Of a stretch of 64,000 bases of DNA, positions 56,709-64,000 are shown one piece after another (position 1 is the first letter of the stretch; each line of letters opens with the position of its first letter). Made by a program: the position numbers and the translations under genes. The notes beneath the pieces were generated by a model. That model was not told the DNA's origin. It did not search any database and saw nothing but the letters and a program-made list of their open reading frames with translations. Origin of the DNA: a bacterium (lineage in GTDB: Bacteria > Patescibacteriota > Patescibacteriia > JAACEG01 > JAGUWE01); assembly GCA_043798995.1 (NCBI GenBank), contig JAZDOD010000008.1, positions 25,327-89,326 of the forward strand, in the 5' to 3' direction.

Positions 56709-58607
56709 ATGAAAAAGCTAACCCTTATAATTTTAGCTTGTTTAATTATTGTGTGGGGGTTAGTTTTTTGCTTGTCCCCCACCTTTTTAAATAAATTTTT
56801 TTTAACAGGAAATGATTCCAATAACGAAATCGCACCTTTAACTATTAATAGTTTTTCTTTTAAAAAGGTGGGGGATTTGTCCGCTTCAATCAAAGAAGAT
56901 AAAGAATTAGCGGCAGAAAATTTATATTTTTCAGCCGAGACCAGCAAAGAATTTTATGATAAAGCTTATGAAAAGGCAATAAAAATTATTAAGCCAGAGG
57001 AGACAGTTTTTGGGGGAATTATCACCCATCATTTATTGGCGGCTGAACTGGATGCCGCTTTTTTCAAAGGGTTGGAAGGCAAAGATTATGAGACAGTAAT
57101 ACTTTTAGCGCCCAATCATTACGAAGAAGGCAGTTCAGATATTTTAACTTCAAAATTTTACTGGCAGACGCCTTATGGGTATTTGGAAACAGATAAACAA
57201 TTAGTAGATAAATTAGCGGCAGAAAAAGTCCTTGAAATTGATGACGGGCCGTTTAAGAAAGAACATTCTGTTTCAGCCGTCACCAGTTTTATTAAAAAAA
57301 GTTTGCCCAAAGCAAAACTGGTGCCGATAATTTTTAAATTTTACACACCGATAGAGAAAATCCGTAGTTTAGCTCGGGAGCTCAGCCGTTTGAATCAGGA
57401 CAAAACTTTAGTTATTGCCAGCGTTGATTTTTCTCATTTCCAGCCAGCTTTGGTTGCTCAATTTCATGATGAATTAAGCGCCGAAGTCGTTGAAAGTTTT
57501 TTATTAGATGAAATTAGTAAATTAGAAATTGATTCGCCGGCTTCAATTTATACCTTGCTTTCATATCTTGAGATGAAAGGCGCAAGAAAAAGTCAGAGAT
57601 TAGTCAGCAGCAATTCAGCAATTTTGACCAATGATCCCAAAATTGCTGAAACCACCAGTTATTTTTTAGAATATTTTACCAAAGGCGAGCCAAAGGAAAA
57701 GGATAAAATTACAATTTTGGCTTTCGGCGATATGATGCTGGACAGAAATGTTGAAAAGTTGATGTTAAAATATGACTTTAAATATCCTCTGGAAAAAATC
57801 AAAGGCAAAGAAGAAAGATTCTTAAAGGGTATTGATTTAATTACGGCCAATTTGGAAGGCGCAATTACCGATGACTATTATCAGCCGGAAAAAGCAATTG
57901 ATTTTCGTTTTGATCCCCAAGTCGCGCCAATACTTAAAGAATATAATTTTAATGTTTTCGGGTTGGCTAACAATCACAGTTTGGATCAGGGTAAAACCGG
58001 TTTAGAACAAACTAAAAAATATTTAGCCCAAAACAGGATTGATTATTTTGGCAGTCAAACTTCAGACAATTATGAATTTAGCTTAGTTAAAACCATTCGC
58101 GGACAAAAAATTTGTCTGGCTGGCTTTAATAACACTGATAAAGCCATTAATTTTGAGCAAGCCGAAGCCAATATTAAAAAGTTAAGAGGAGAGTGTAAGT
58201 GGGTTTTGGTTTTTTGCCACTGGGGAACAGAGTATAAAAATAAATTTAACAACAATCAGCAAGTTTTCGCCCACAAACTGATTGACTGGGGCGCGGATGC
58301 GGTTATTGGCCATCATCCGCATGTGGCAGAGGGGGTTGAAATTTACAGCCAGAAACCGATTTTTTATTCGCTGGGCAATTTTATTTTTGACCAGTATTTT
58401 TCCCAAGAAACCCAGCAAGGATTGGCCATTGGTTTAGTTTTAAGCGAGAACTTCACTTTTTATTTATTTCCCTTCACTCTTTACAACAGCCAGCCGGAAT
58501 TGATGAATTATGATGAGTCAGCAAAGTTTTATGAATATTTGATTAGTATTTCGGAGATTAGTTCAGAAATAGCCAATCAACTTAAAAGCGGCAAAGTTGA
58601 GTTGTAA
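56709..58607 (+). CDS. Fusion of a MEMO1-like (AmmeMemoRadiSam protein B family) domain and a CapA-like metallophosphoesterase domain, N-terminally membrane-anchored
   Basis: N-terminal TM helix. The MEMO-like half has GGIITHHLLAAELDAAFF … ASVDFSHF. The CapA-like half has ILAFGDMMLDRN, GLANNHSLDQG, VFCHWGTEYKN and IGHHPHVAEGVEIYSQKPIFYSLGNFIFDQ. Confidence 0.6.
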   Translation: MKKLTLIILACLIIVWGLVFCLSPTFLNKFFLTGNDSNNEIAPLTINSFSFKKVGDLSASIKEDKELAAENLYFSAETSKEFYDKAYEKAIKIIKPEETVFGGIITHHLLAAELDAAFFKGLEGKDYETVILLAPNHYEEGSSDILTSKFYWQTPYGYLETDKQLVDKLAAEKVLEIDDGPFKKEHSVSAVTSFIKKSLPKAKLVPIIFKFYTPIEKIRSLARELSRLNQDKTLVIASVDFSHFQPALVAQFHDELSAEVVESFLLDEISKLEIDSPASIYTLLSYLEMKGARKSQRLVSSNSAILTNDPKIAETTSYFLEYFTKGEPKEKDKITILAFGDMMLDRNVEKLMLKYDFKYPLEKIKGKEERFLKGIDLITANLEGAITDDYYQPEKAIDFRFDPQVAPILKEYNFNVFGLANNHSLDQGKTGLEQTKKYLAQNRIDYFGSQTSDNYEFSLVKTIRGQKICLAGFNNTDKAINFEQAEANIKKLRGECKWVLVFCHWGTEYKNKFNNNQQVFAHKLIDWGADAVIGHHPHVAEGVEIYSQKPIFYSLGNFIFDQYFSQETQQGLAIGLVLSENFTFYLFPFTLYNSQPELMNYDESAKFYEYLISISEISSEIANQLKSGKVEL

Positions 58608-58627
58608 GAAACCAAAAAGATAAAACA

Positions 58628-58662
58628 AGGCTGACAATCAAATGTTGGCCTTGTTTTTTTAT
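58628..58662 (+). terminator. Candidate intrinsic terminator between convergent genes
   Basis: aacaaggc tgacaatcaaatgtt ggccttgt followed by ttttttt. Confidence 0.4.
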
Positions 58663-58724
58663 GGTTTGAGATCCTGAAATAAACTTGTCCTGATGAAAAT
58701 CAGGACTCAGGATGACACTAGGTG

Positions 58725-60974
58725 TTATTTTATAAAATCTGCGGTGATTTGGTAGAGCTGCTGGTCGCTAAGAAGGTATATCCCTTTATTTTTTTTATTA
58801 ACAGTAAAATCTTTTAAATTGGAAAATTTTTCGCTGTAATACTGGATAATAAATTTGCCGTTTTTATCGGTAATGACTAATCTTTTTTGCGCCGGTTCCA
58901 GGATATAAATATACTGATCATCAAGTGAGGTATAAATTTTCGTCGGATTAGTCAAGGCCGGCTCTAAATCTTTGATGACAAAATTCTGTTTTTTACCGGT
59001 ATAAAATTTTAAGATTTCGCCGTTATTTTTAAGAAGATAAATGTTTAAGTCAATGGCCATTGAAATCGTGCCACTTAAATCAATATTTTTTTCCGTCAGC
59101 CAATTTTTTGGATTAGTAAAGCCGGCTTCAATTATTTGATATTTATAAATCTGATTATTTTTACTGTCAACTAAATAGAGTTTATTGTTATAGATTTCAA
59201 AATCAGCGATTTCGGCATTGCCCGGCAGCTTTATTTCCTGGGGCGTCAGGGTTTTATCAGCCAAATTTAATTTAGTTAATTTATTATCATCCCGGTGGAG
59301 AAAAAGAATTGCTTTGGCCGACGCGTCATAGGTTGCGGCATTTTTAAATTCACCGATATTAAGCGGAGTGTAATTTATTAGGGAGATTTTTTTATTTGCC
59401 GAATCAATCTGATAAATTTTATTACCCTGGGCCTGCCAAGCAAAGAGTCCGCCGTTATATTCAAGTATTTTATCTATTGAAGAGCCGTTTAATTCCTTGG
59501 CAAAATCCAGAAAAGGGGCATTTTCCAAAATATTGACCAAATGTTTTAGTTTTTGATCCATAGCTTTAATCTCAGCGGACAGCTTTTCAAATTCTTTTTG
59601 CTGGTCAGCATTATTTTTCGGCAGTTGTTCTAAAAGGGTAAGGGCCTCTTTGATGTTTTGCTTGGCTTTAGTTTCATTTTTATAAATCAGGCTTGATTCA
59701 GCCAAGTTTTTCTTTTCCTCAATTTGAGAAACCATTTGTTTGAAAAGATTTTTATTTTTTTCTTGATTTTGGTTCTGGCCCAGGAAGAATAAACTGACAA
59801 TAAAAAGAATAATGAAAATCAGGCCGAAAATCAGCAACGCCTTGCTGAAGCGAGGTATTTTTTTAATGGTAATAATTTTAGTGTCAATTTTTTTCAGTTT
59901 TTGCTGGGACCATTTTTCAACCAATTTATCTCTTTCCGGCTTTTCCATTTTAACAATTGTTTTTGTTTTTTTAAGGGATTTAAAGATTTTTTTAAAGAAC
60001 CGCTTTATTTTTTGCCAAAGAGAATATCTCGGCTGGGATTTTTCAATTTGTTGGGGCAAAGCAGTGATTTTTTCTTGAGCAAGCGGTTTTTTTCTGCCGA
60101 ACAATTTTGCCAAAAAACTTGGCTTTGATTTTTTTTCTTCGGGAAGTCCGGGAATTTTTTTAATTTCCGGCAAGGTCATTTTTTCCGAACCAACTTTGGG
60201 CATAGTCTCAATGCCAATTGTCCGGGTTTCTTCAAAATAATCTTTTTCAAGCCTGAGATTAAAAATAATGAAACTAAAAGGGATTCTTTCATCAACTTCA
60301 ACCAGAAGCGATTTGAAATGTTCAACTAATTTATCCGCCGGCAATGCCGTGGCGGCATTTTTTAATTTATCCAAGGAAATATAATCTAAAATAGCGTAGT
60401 TGCTCAAAACCAAATAATCTTCGTTGGCTAATTTGCCGCTTATAATGTTGGAGAAAAATTTAAAAGGGTTTGGTTTGGCAGTTTCGGGGTCAGCTGATTT
60501 ATTGATCCGAGTAATTTTATAGTTTTTGTAGCCGATTTTTTGGATTAAAATCATTTCAATTTTGCCCGTCTGGCTAAAATGGATATTGAAACTGATTTTT
60601 TTGTCGCTATAATCCGGCTGGATAATGCCGATTATAACATTAATTTTGCCCAGATCAAATAAGGTTTTTTCTCCTTGAATAAGGCGGTGGATTTTTTTAT
60701 TAAGCTGATAAAGAAAATCCTCAAATAAATCTTCTAGGGGTTTATTTACCTCTAAATTTTCTAAAGTATAAAAATTGTTCTGGGCTTCATTGGCAATTAG
60801 ATTAATTATTTTTTGATTAAAATCATCAGTGGCCGGCATTTCAACCAAACAAAAAATTATGCCAATTTTTTTCTCCTGTAAAATTGTGGGAGTGGCAACA
60901 AAAATTTTGCTTAAGGCCTTACTTTCCTGCGGATTGTTGATGATAAAATTGGCTTGGGATAAACGGCTGAGCAT
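58725..60974 (-). CDS. Large hypothetical protein (749 aa): N-terminal alpha/beta domain, central TM and coiled coil, C-terminal beta-propeller-like repeats
   Basis: TM helix ALLIFGLIFIILFIVSLFFLG mid-protein. Coiled coil around 395-480. C-terminal repeats of type NNQIYKYQ, NGEILKFY and QQLYQI. Confidence 0.55.
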   Translation of the reverse strand: MLSRLSQANFIINNPQESKALSKIFVATPTILQEKKIGIIFCLVEMPATDDFNQKIINLIANEAQNNFYTLENLEVNKPLEDLFEDFLYQLNKKIHRLIQGEKTLFDLGKINVIIGIIQPDYSDKKISFNIHFSQTGKIEMILIQKIGYKNYKITRINKSADPETAKPNPFKFFSNIISGKLANEDYLVLSNYAILDYISLDKLKNAATALPADKLVEHFKSLLVEVDERIPFSFIIFNLRLEKDYFEETRTIGIETMPKVGSEKMTLPEIKKIPGLPEEKKSKPSFLAKLFGRKKPLAQEKITALPQQIEKSQPRYSLWQKIKRFFKKIFKSLKKTKTIVKMEKPERDKLVEKWSQQKLKKIDTKIITIKKIPRFSKALLIFGLIFIILFIVSLFFLGQNQNQEKNKNLFKQMVSQIEEKKNLAESSLIYKNETKAKQNIKEALTLLEQLPKNNADQQKEFEKLSAEIKAMDQKLKHLVNILENAPFLDFAKELNGSSIDKILEYNGGLFAWQAQGNKIYQIDSANKKISLINYTPLNIGEFKNAATYDASAKAILFLHRDDNKLTKLNLADKTLTPQEIKLPGNAEIADFEIYNNKLYLVDSKNNQIYKYQIIEAGFTNPKNWLTEKNIDLSGTISMAIDLNIYLLKNNGEILKFYTGKKQNFVIKDLEPALTNPTKIYTSLDDQYIYILEPAQKRLVITDKNGKFIIQYYSEKFSNLKDFTVNKKNKGIYLLSDQQLYQITADFIK

Positions 60975-61076
60975 AAAGTCTTGCGATTAAGAATTGTTTA
61001 TATTATACTATAAATGTGTCAAAAAGACAAAAAGCTTAAAGGTTTAAAGGCAGCTTTCAAACCGAGGTGATAATTT

Positions 61077-61679
61077 ATGCTTGAACAATTATTTGGCTCA
61101 AAAACAAGGGTAAGATTGCTGCGGCTTTTTTTATCCAATCCGGATAACAGTTATTATATTAGGGAGTTAGCAAGAAAAGTCGGAGTGCAAATCAATGCCA
61201 TCAGGCGTGAGCTTATCAATTTGCAAAAAATAGGCCTGCTTAATTCTTACCAGCCGCCGGCAAGCTCAAATCAGGATAAGCTTAAGAATTATTTTAAAGT
61301 GGACACTAATTTTGTTCTTTTTAATGAACTGCGGACTTTATTTTTAAAATCGCAATTATTAATGGAAAGGAAGCTTTTATCCGAAATTGAAAAAGTCGGC
61401 AACATCAGTTATTTGGCTTTAACCGGAACCTTTTTGGGACTGAATAATTCACCAACCGATTTATTAATTATAGGCCGAGTTAATAGGGGAAAATTGGCCA
61501 GTTTGATAAAAAAGTTTGAAAAAGATATGGATTGCGTTATTAATTATACGATAATGAGCCGAGAGGAATTTAAATACCGAAAAGACATAACTGACAAATT
61601 TTTATACCACATTTTAGAAAACAAAAAAATTGTGGTGATTGATAAAATCAAGCAAGAGATTGACCTTGACAAGGAGTAA
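61077..61679 (+). CDS. Winged-HTH domain protein (putative transcriptional regulator)
   Basis: The N-terminus TRVRLLRLFLSNPDNSYYIRELARKVGVQINAIRRELINLQKIGLL is a wHTH pattern. Confidence 0.5.
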   Translation: MLEQLFGSKTRVRLLRLFLSNPDNSYYIRELARKVGVQINAIRRELINLQKIGLLNSYQPPASSNQDKLKNYFKVDTNFVLFNELRTLFLKSQLLMERKLLSEIEKVGNISYLALTGTFLGLNNSPTDLLIIGRVNRGKLASLIKKFEKDMDCVINYTIMSREEFKYRKDITDKFLYHILENKKIVVIDKIKQEIDLDKE

Positions 61680-61746
61680 TGTTTTGTTTAAAATAAGGGA
61701 GTTAAAAAATATAAATCCAAATATCAAAATCCGAATTACAAACCAA

Positions 61747-61848
61747 GCTCAAAACTCAAAATCTAAAACATTTGGCATTGAGATTTTGGATTTTCCGCCA
61801 GAGGCGGATCTGCCCCTGGCACGAGATTTGACATTTGAGCTTTGGATT
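61747..61848. repeat. Long imperfect inverted repeat with an internal CCGCC-N3-GGCGG hairpin, upstream of tRNA-Tyr
   Basis: ccaagctcaaaactcaaaatct … agatttgacatttgagctttgg forms the arms. The loop contains ttccgccagaggcggatct. Confidence 0.35.
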
Positions 61849-61867
61849 TAAGGTCTAATTTAATATT

Positions 61868-61950
61868 GGGTAGGTACCAAAGCGGTCAACTGGACCTGAC
61901 TGTAAATCAGGTGGCTTCGGCCTTCGGGGGTTCGAATCCCTCCCTGCCCA
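61868..61950 (+). tRNA. tRNA-Tyr (anticodon GTA), type II with long variable arm
   Basis: Acceptor gggtagg/cctgccc with one G-U pair. 3-bp D stem. Anticodon stem cctga/tcagg with loop cuGUAaa. Variable arm ggcttcggcc. T arm ggggg TTCGAAT ccctc. Discriminator A; no encoded CCA. Confidence 0.8.
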
Positions 61951-61952
61951 CT

Positions 61953-62597
61953 ATGCTTTACGCTTTTTTTCAAAAAACAATTTGGCCCATTGGGAGGGCG
62001 CTTTTTTGGTTTTTCCTGCATCTTCGCGTTGAAGGCGGAGAAAACTTCCGAAATCCCCGCCAGCAAATACTTGTCATCTGCAATCACCGCAATTTAATTG
62101 ATTCTTATTTAGCCAGCGGTTCCCTTCCTTTTCGCTATTTTTTATTGTCCAGAACTTTTCGTTACCCAGCTTTAAAAAAATATACTAACTCGCCATTTTA
62201 TTGTTTTATTCGTCTTTTTGGCTCTTATCCGATAGAAATTGGGGTTGGCTATGAGAAAGCCTTGGTCTACACTGAGAGGTTAATTAAAAAAGGGCAGAAC
62301 ATTTTTATCTTTCCCGAAGGCAAGGTTGCTAAAGACGGTCATCCTTTGCCCGCCAAACCCGGCGTGGCCTATTTGGCCAAAAAATATAATTTGCCAATTT
62401 TACCAATAGCAAGCGAAGGCACCCGCGGCCTTAACCCCGTTAGGTTTTTTTTAAGAAAAAATCGCGTTCACGTTCAAATTGGACCAAAATTTTATTATCA
62501 GGATGTAGTTCACGAAAACGACGACGTTAAAGTAGCAGCGCAAAAAATTATGGATCGAGTAAATCAGATGCTGTATCATAATAAATTAAAAATTTAA
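61953..62597 (+). CDS. plsC: 1-acyl-sn-glycerol-3-phosphate acyltransferase-like (LPLAT family)
   Basis: H(X)4D motif CNHRNLIDS, FPEGKV motif and an N-terminal TM helix. The ATG at 61953 starts 3 nt after the tRNA; the track's longer ORF overlaps the tRNA and is rejected. Confidence 0.6.
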   Translation: MLYAFFQKTIWPIGRALFWFFLHLRVEGGENFRNPRQQILVICNHRNLIDSYLASGSLPFRYFLLSRTFRYPALKKYTNSPFYCFIRLFGSYPIEIGVGYEKALVYTERLIKKGQNIFIFPEGKVAKDGHPLPAKPGVAYLAKKYNLPILPIASEGTRGLNPVRFFLRKNRVHVQIGPKFYYQDVVHENDDVKVAAQKIMDRVNQMLYHNKLKI

Positions 62598-62612
62598 AAT
62601 GCAAAAATTTCA

Positions 62613-62767
62613 CCCCGCACCTTTCCTAAAGAAAGATTAACTCTTATTAGAACAAGGAGCCGTAAGGCGGCTTCGCCCCGCAGTAGAGCGCTTCGCTCTC
62701 ACTACGGGGCTTCGCCTTTCTTCCAATTTTAATTGTAGACCTATCGTTGGGAAAGGTGCGGGGCAAG
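62613..62767. repeat. Inverted-repeat-bounded GC-rich structured element
   Basis: caccccgcacctttcc … ggaaaggtgcggggcaag, 14-bp terminal inverted repeats, enclose about 120 nt. The interior contains ggcggcttcgcc and gccccgcagtagagcgcttcgctctcactacggggc. Confidence 0.45.
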
Positions 62768-62796
62768 AAATGACATTTTAAAATTAAAAATTTAAA

Positions 62797-62830
62797 AACT
62801 CCTTTTATTCAAGGAGTTTTTGGTTTTTAT
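62797..62830. terminator. Bidirectional intrinsic terminator at the valS 3' end
   Basis: aaaaactcctt ttattca aggagttttt flanked by T/A runs. Confidence 0.5.
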
Positions 62831-64000
62831 ATATTTCAATTTCTATTTCCTTTAATTTGATTTGCGCTGATTTTAATTTTTCTTTACTTAGTTTTAGTTC
62901 GACCTTAGCGAGTTTTTCTATAATTTTTTTTTGCTGGCTGATTAGTTTTTCCTGTTTTGGGGCGTGGATTTTTAAAGCAATCATTGTTTTCCAGTCAATT
63001 TTGTTTTGGGAGCGATAATTTCTGATCTCGGTAACAATATTTTTTATGATTTCAAATTGAGCCTCGGCATTTTTATCAATTAATTTTTCCTCTGCTTTGG
63101 GCCAGTTTTCAATAATGAGCATTTTCTTTTCACCAAACCCCGCATCAGAGCAAACACGGTGCGGGGCAAGCGATTGCCAGATTGTTTCGCTGACAAAAGG
63201 GATAAAAGGATGAAGCAGTTTTAAAAGATTTAGATAACAATTTTTAAGCAATTCATAATTTTTTTCAATTTTACTGATTTCAACCGACCAGTCAGCCAGT
63301 TCGTGCCAGCTGAATTCATAAAGTTCTTCAATAGCCGCGGAAAACTGGAAGCTATCAAATTTTTCGGTAACTGATTTTATTAAATTATGGAAACGGCTTA
63401 AAAGCCATTGGTCGGCTAAAGTTTTTGCTTCAATTTTGTTTTGTTTTGAAACAAATTCCTGAAGTTGAATAAAGCGGCCGATGTTATAAAGCTTGTTAAT
63501 GAATTTGGCATAGCCGGCGATTTTTTCCGGAAGAATTTTAATGTCCGCCCCGGCGGCAGTGCCGATAATTAAACTTAAACGCAAAGCATCAGCGCCGTAT
63601 TTTTCAACCACGGAAATCGGATTAACCGAGGTTTCGGGGCGGGATTTGCTCATCTTTTGCCCTTGTTTGTCCCGAATTAAACCATGAAGATAAACTGTTT
63701 CAAATGGTTTTTCGCCTAAAGCATAATAGCTGGCAATTATCATCCGCGCCACCCAAAAAAATAAAATATCATAGCCGGTTTCCATGACGCTCGTCGGGTG
63801 GAATCTTTCTAAGTAAGATTTTTTTTCCTTTTCGTCTTTTTGATTTTTGTCCGCCGGTTGACGGATTAATTTTTGATTTTGAGCGCAAGCGTTCGGCCAG
63901 CCAAGAGTTGAAAAAGTCCAAAGCGCCGAGGAGAACCAAGTGTCAAGTGTATCCGGATCCTGGATTAAGTTTTTACTTTTGCATTTTGGGCAAGCCGCTG
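62805..64000 (-). CDS. valS: Valyl-tRNA synthetase, C-terminal part; N-terminus beyond window end
   Basis: KMSKS motif, ValRS-specific DILFFWVARM and LDTWFSSALWTFSTLGW (encoded in 63786-64000, upstream of the track's Met), and a C-terminal coiled-coil tRNA-binding arm. The frame stays open to the window edge. Confidence 0.9.
   Translation of the reverse strand, partial: AACPKCKSKNLIQDPDTLDTWFSSALWTFSTLGWPNACAQNQKLIRQPADKNQKDEKEKKSYLERFHPTSVMETGYDILFFWVARMIIASYYALGEKPFETVYLHGLIRDKQGQKMSKSRPETSVNPISVVEKYGADALRLSLIIGTAAGADIKILPEKIAGYAKFINKLYNIGRFIQLQEFVSKQNKIEAKTLADQWLLSRFHNLIKSVTEKFDSFQFSAAIEELYEFSWHELADWSVEISKIEKNYELLKNCYLNLLKLLHPFIPFVSETIWQSLAPHRVCSDAGFGEKKMLIIENWPKAEEKLIDKNAEAQFEIIKNIVTEIRNYRSQNKIDWKTMIALKIHAPKQEKLISQQKKIIEKLAKVELKLSKEKLKSAQIKLKEIEIEIYKNQKLLE

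Overview
AT-rich, gene-dense bacterial window, about 90% coding and almost entirely on the + strand. Short proteins, many type IV pilin-like genes, a truncated uvrC and widespread GC-rich palindromic inserts suggest a small-genome CPR/Patescibacteria-like organism; that assignment is inference only. Content in order: (1) a cell-surface glycan locus with two GT-C-like polytopic membrane proteins, a Cys-rich secreted peptide and rmlC-like, HIT, rmlB, unknown, rmlD and rmlA genes. (2) murA, ctpA, acyP, rplI, pyrG, def and several hypothetical secreted proteins. (3) An apparent insertion carrying an AbiEii-type nucleotidyltransferase toxin module and two recently duplicated secreted-protein paralogs, immediately upstream of a type IV pilus locus (four pilin-like genes including a 978-aa giant pilin, a PilM-PilN-SH3 fusion and a major pilin). 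(4) dnaG-rpoD operon, gap, mscS, recJ and rnhA. (5) A GC-rich Cys-rich gene with its own sigma70 promoter and a long structured leader or small RNA, then RNase P RNA (rnpB) with a textbook promoter and terminator. (6) An atypical division/cell-wall cluster: sugar transferase, mraY, murD, ftsW, an M15-like membrane protein and a B12-radical SAM enzyme. (7) uvrB, a small HD hydrolase, uvrA and uvrC clustered. (8) rplJ-rplL, a translin-like gene, a MEMO-CapA fusion, tRNA-Tyr, plsC and valS. Cutting across all of this are three families of short GC-rich structured repeats, including a roughly 90-nt element in three copies whose stems co-vary. No CRISPR array, rRNA, transposase or integrase was seen. 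I consider the co-varying element, the recurring CCGCC-N4-GGCGG hairpin and the GC-rich Cys-rich gene with its leader the most likely to be new.
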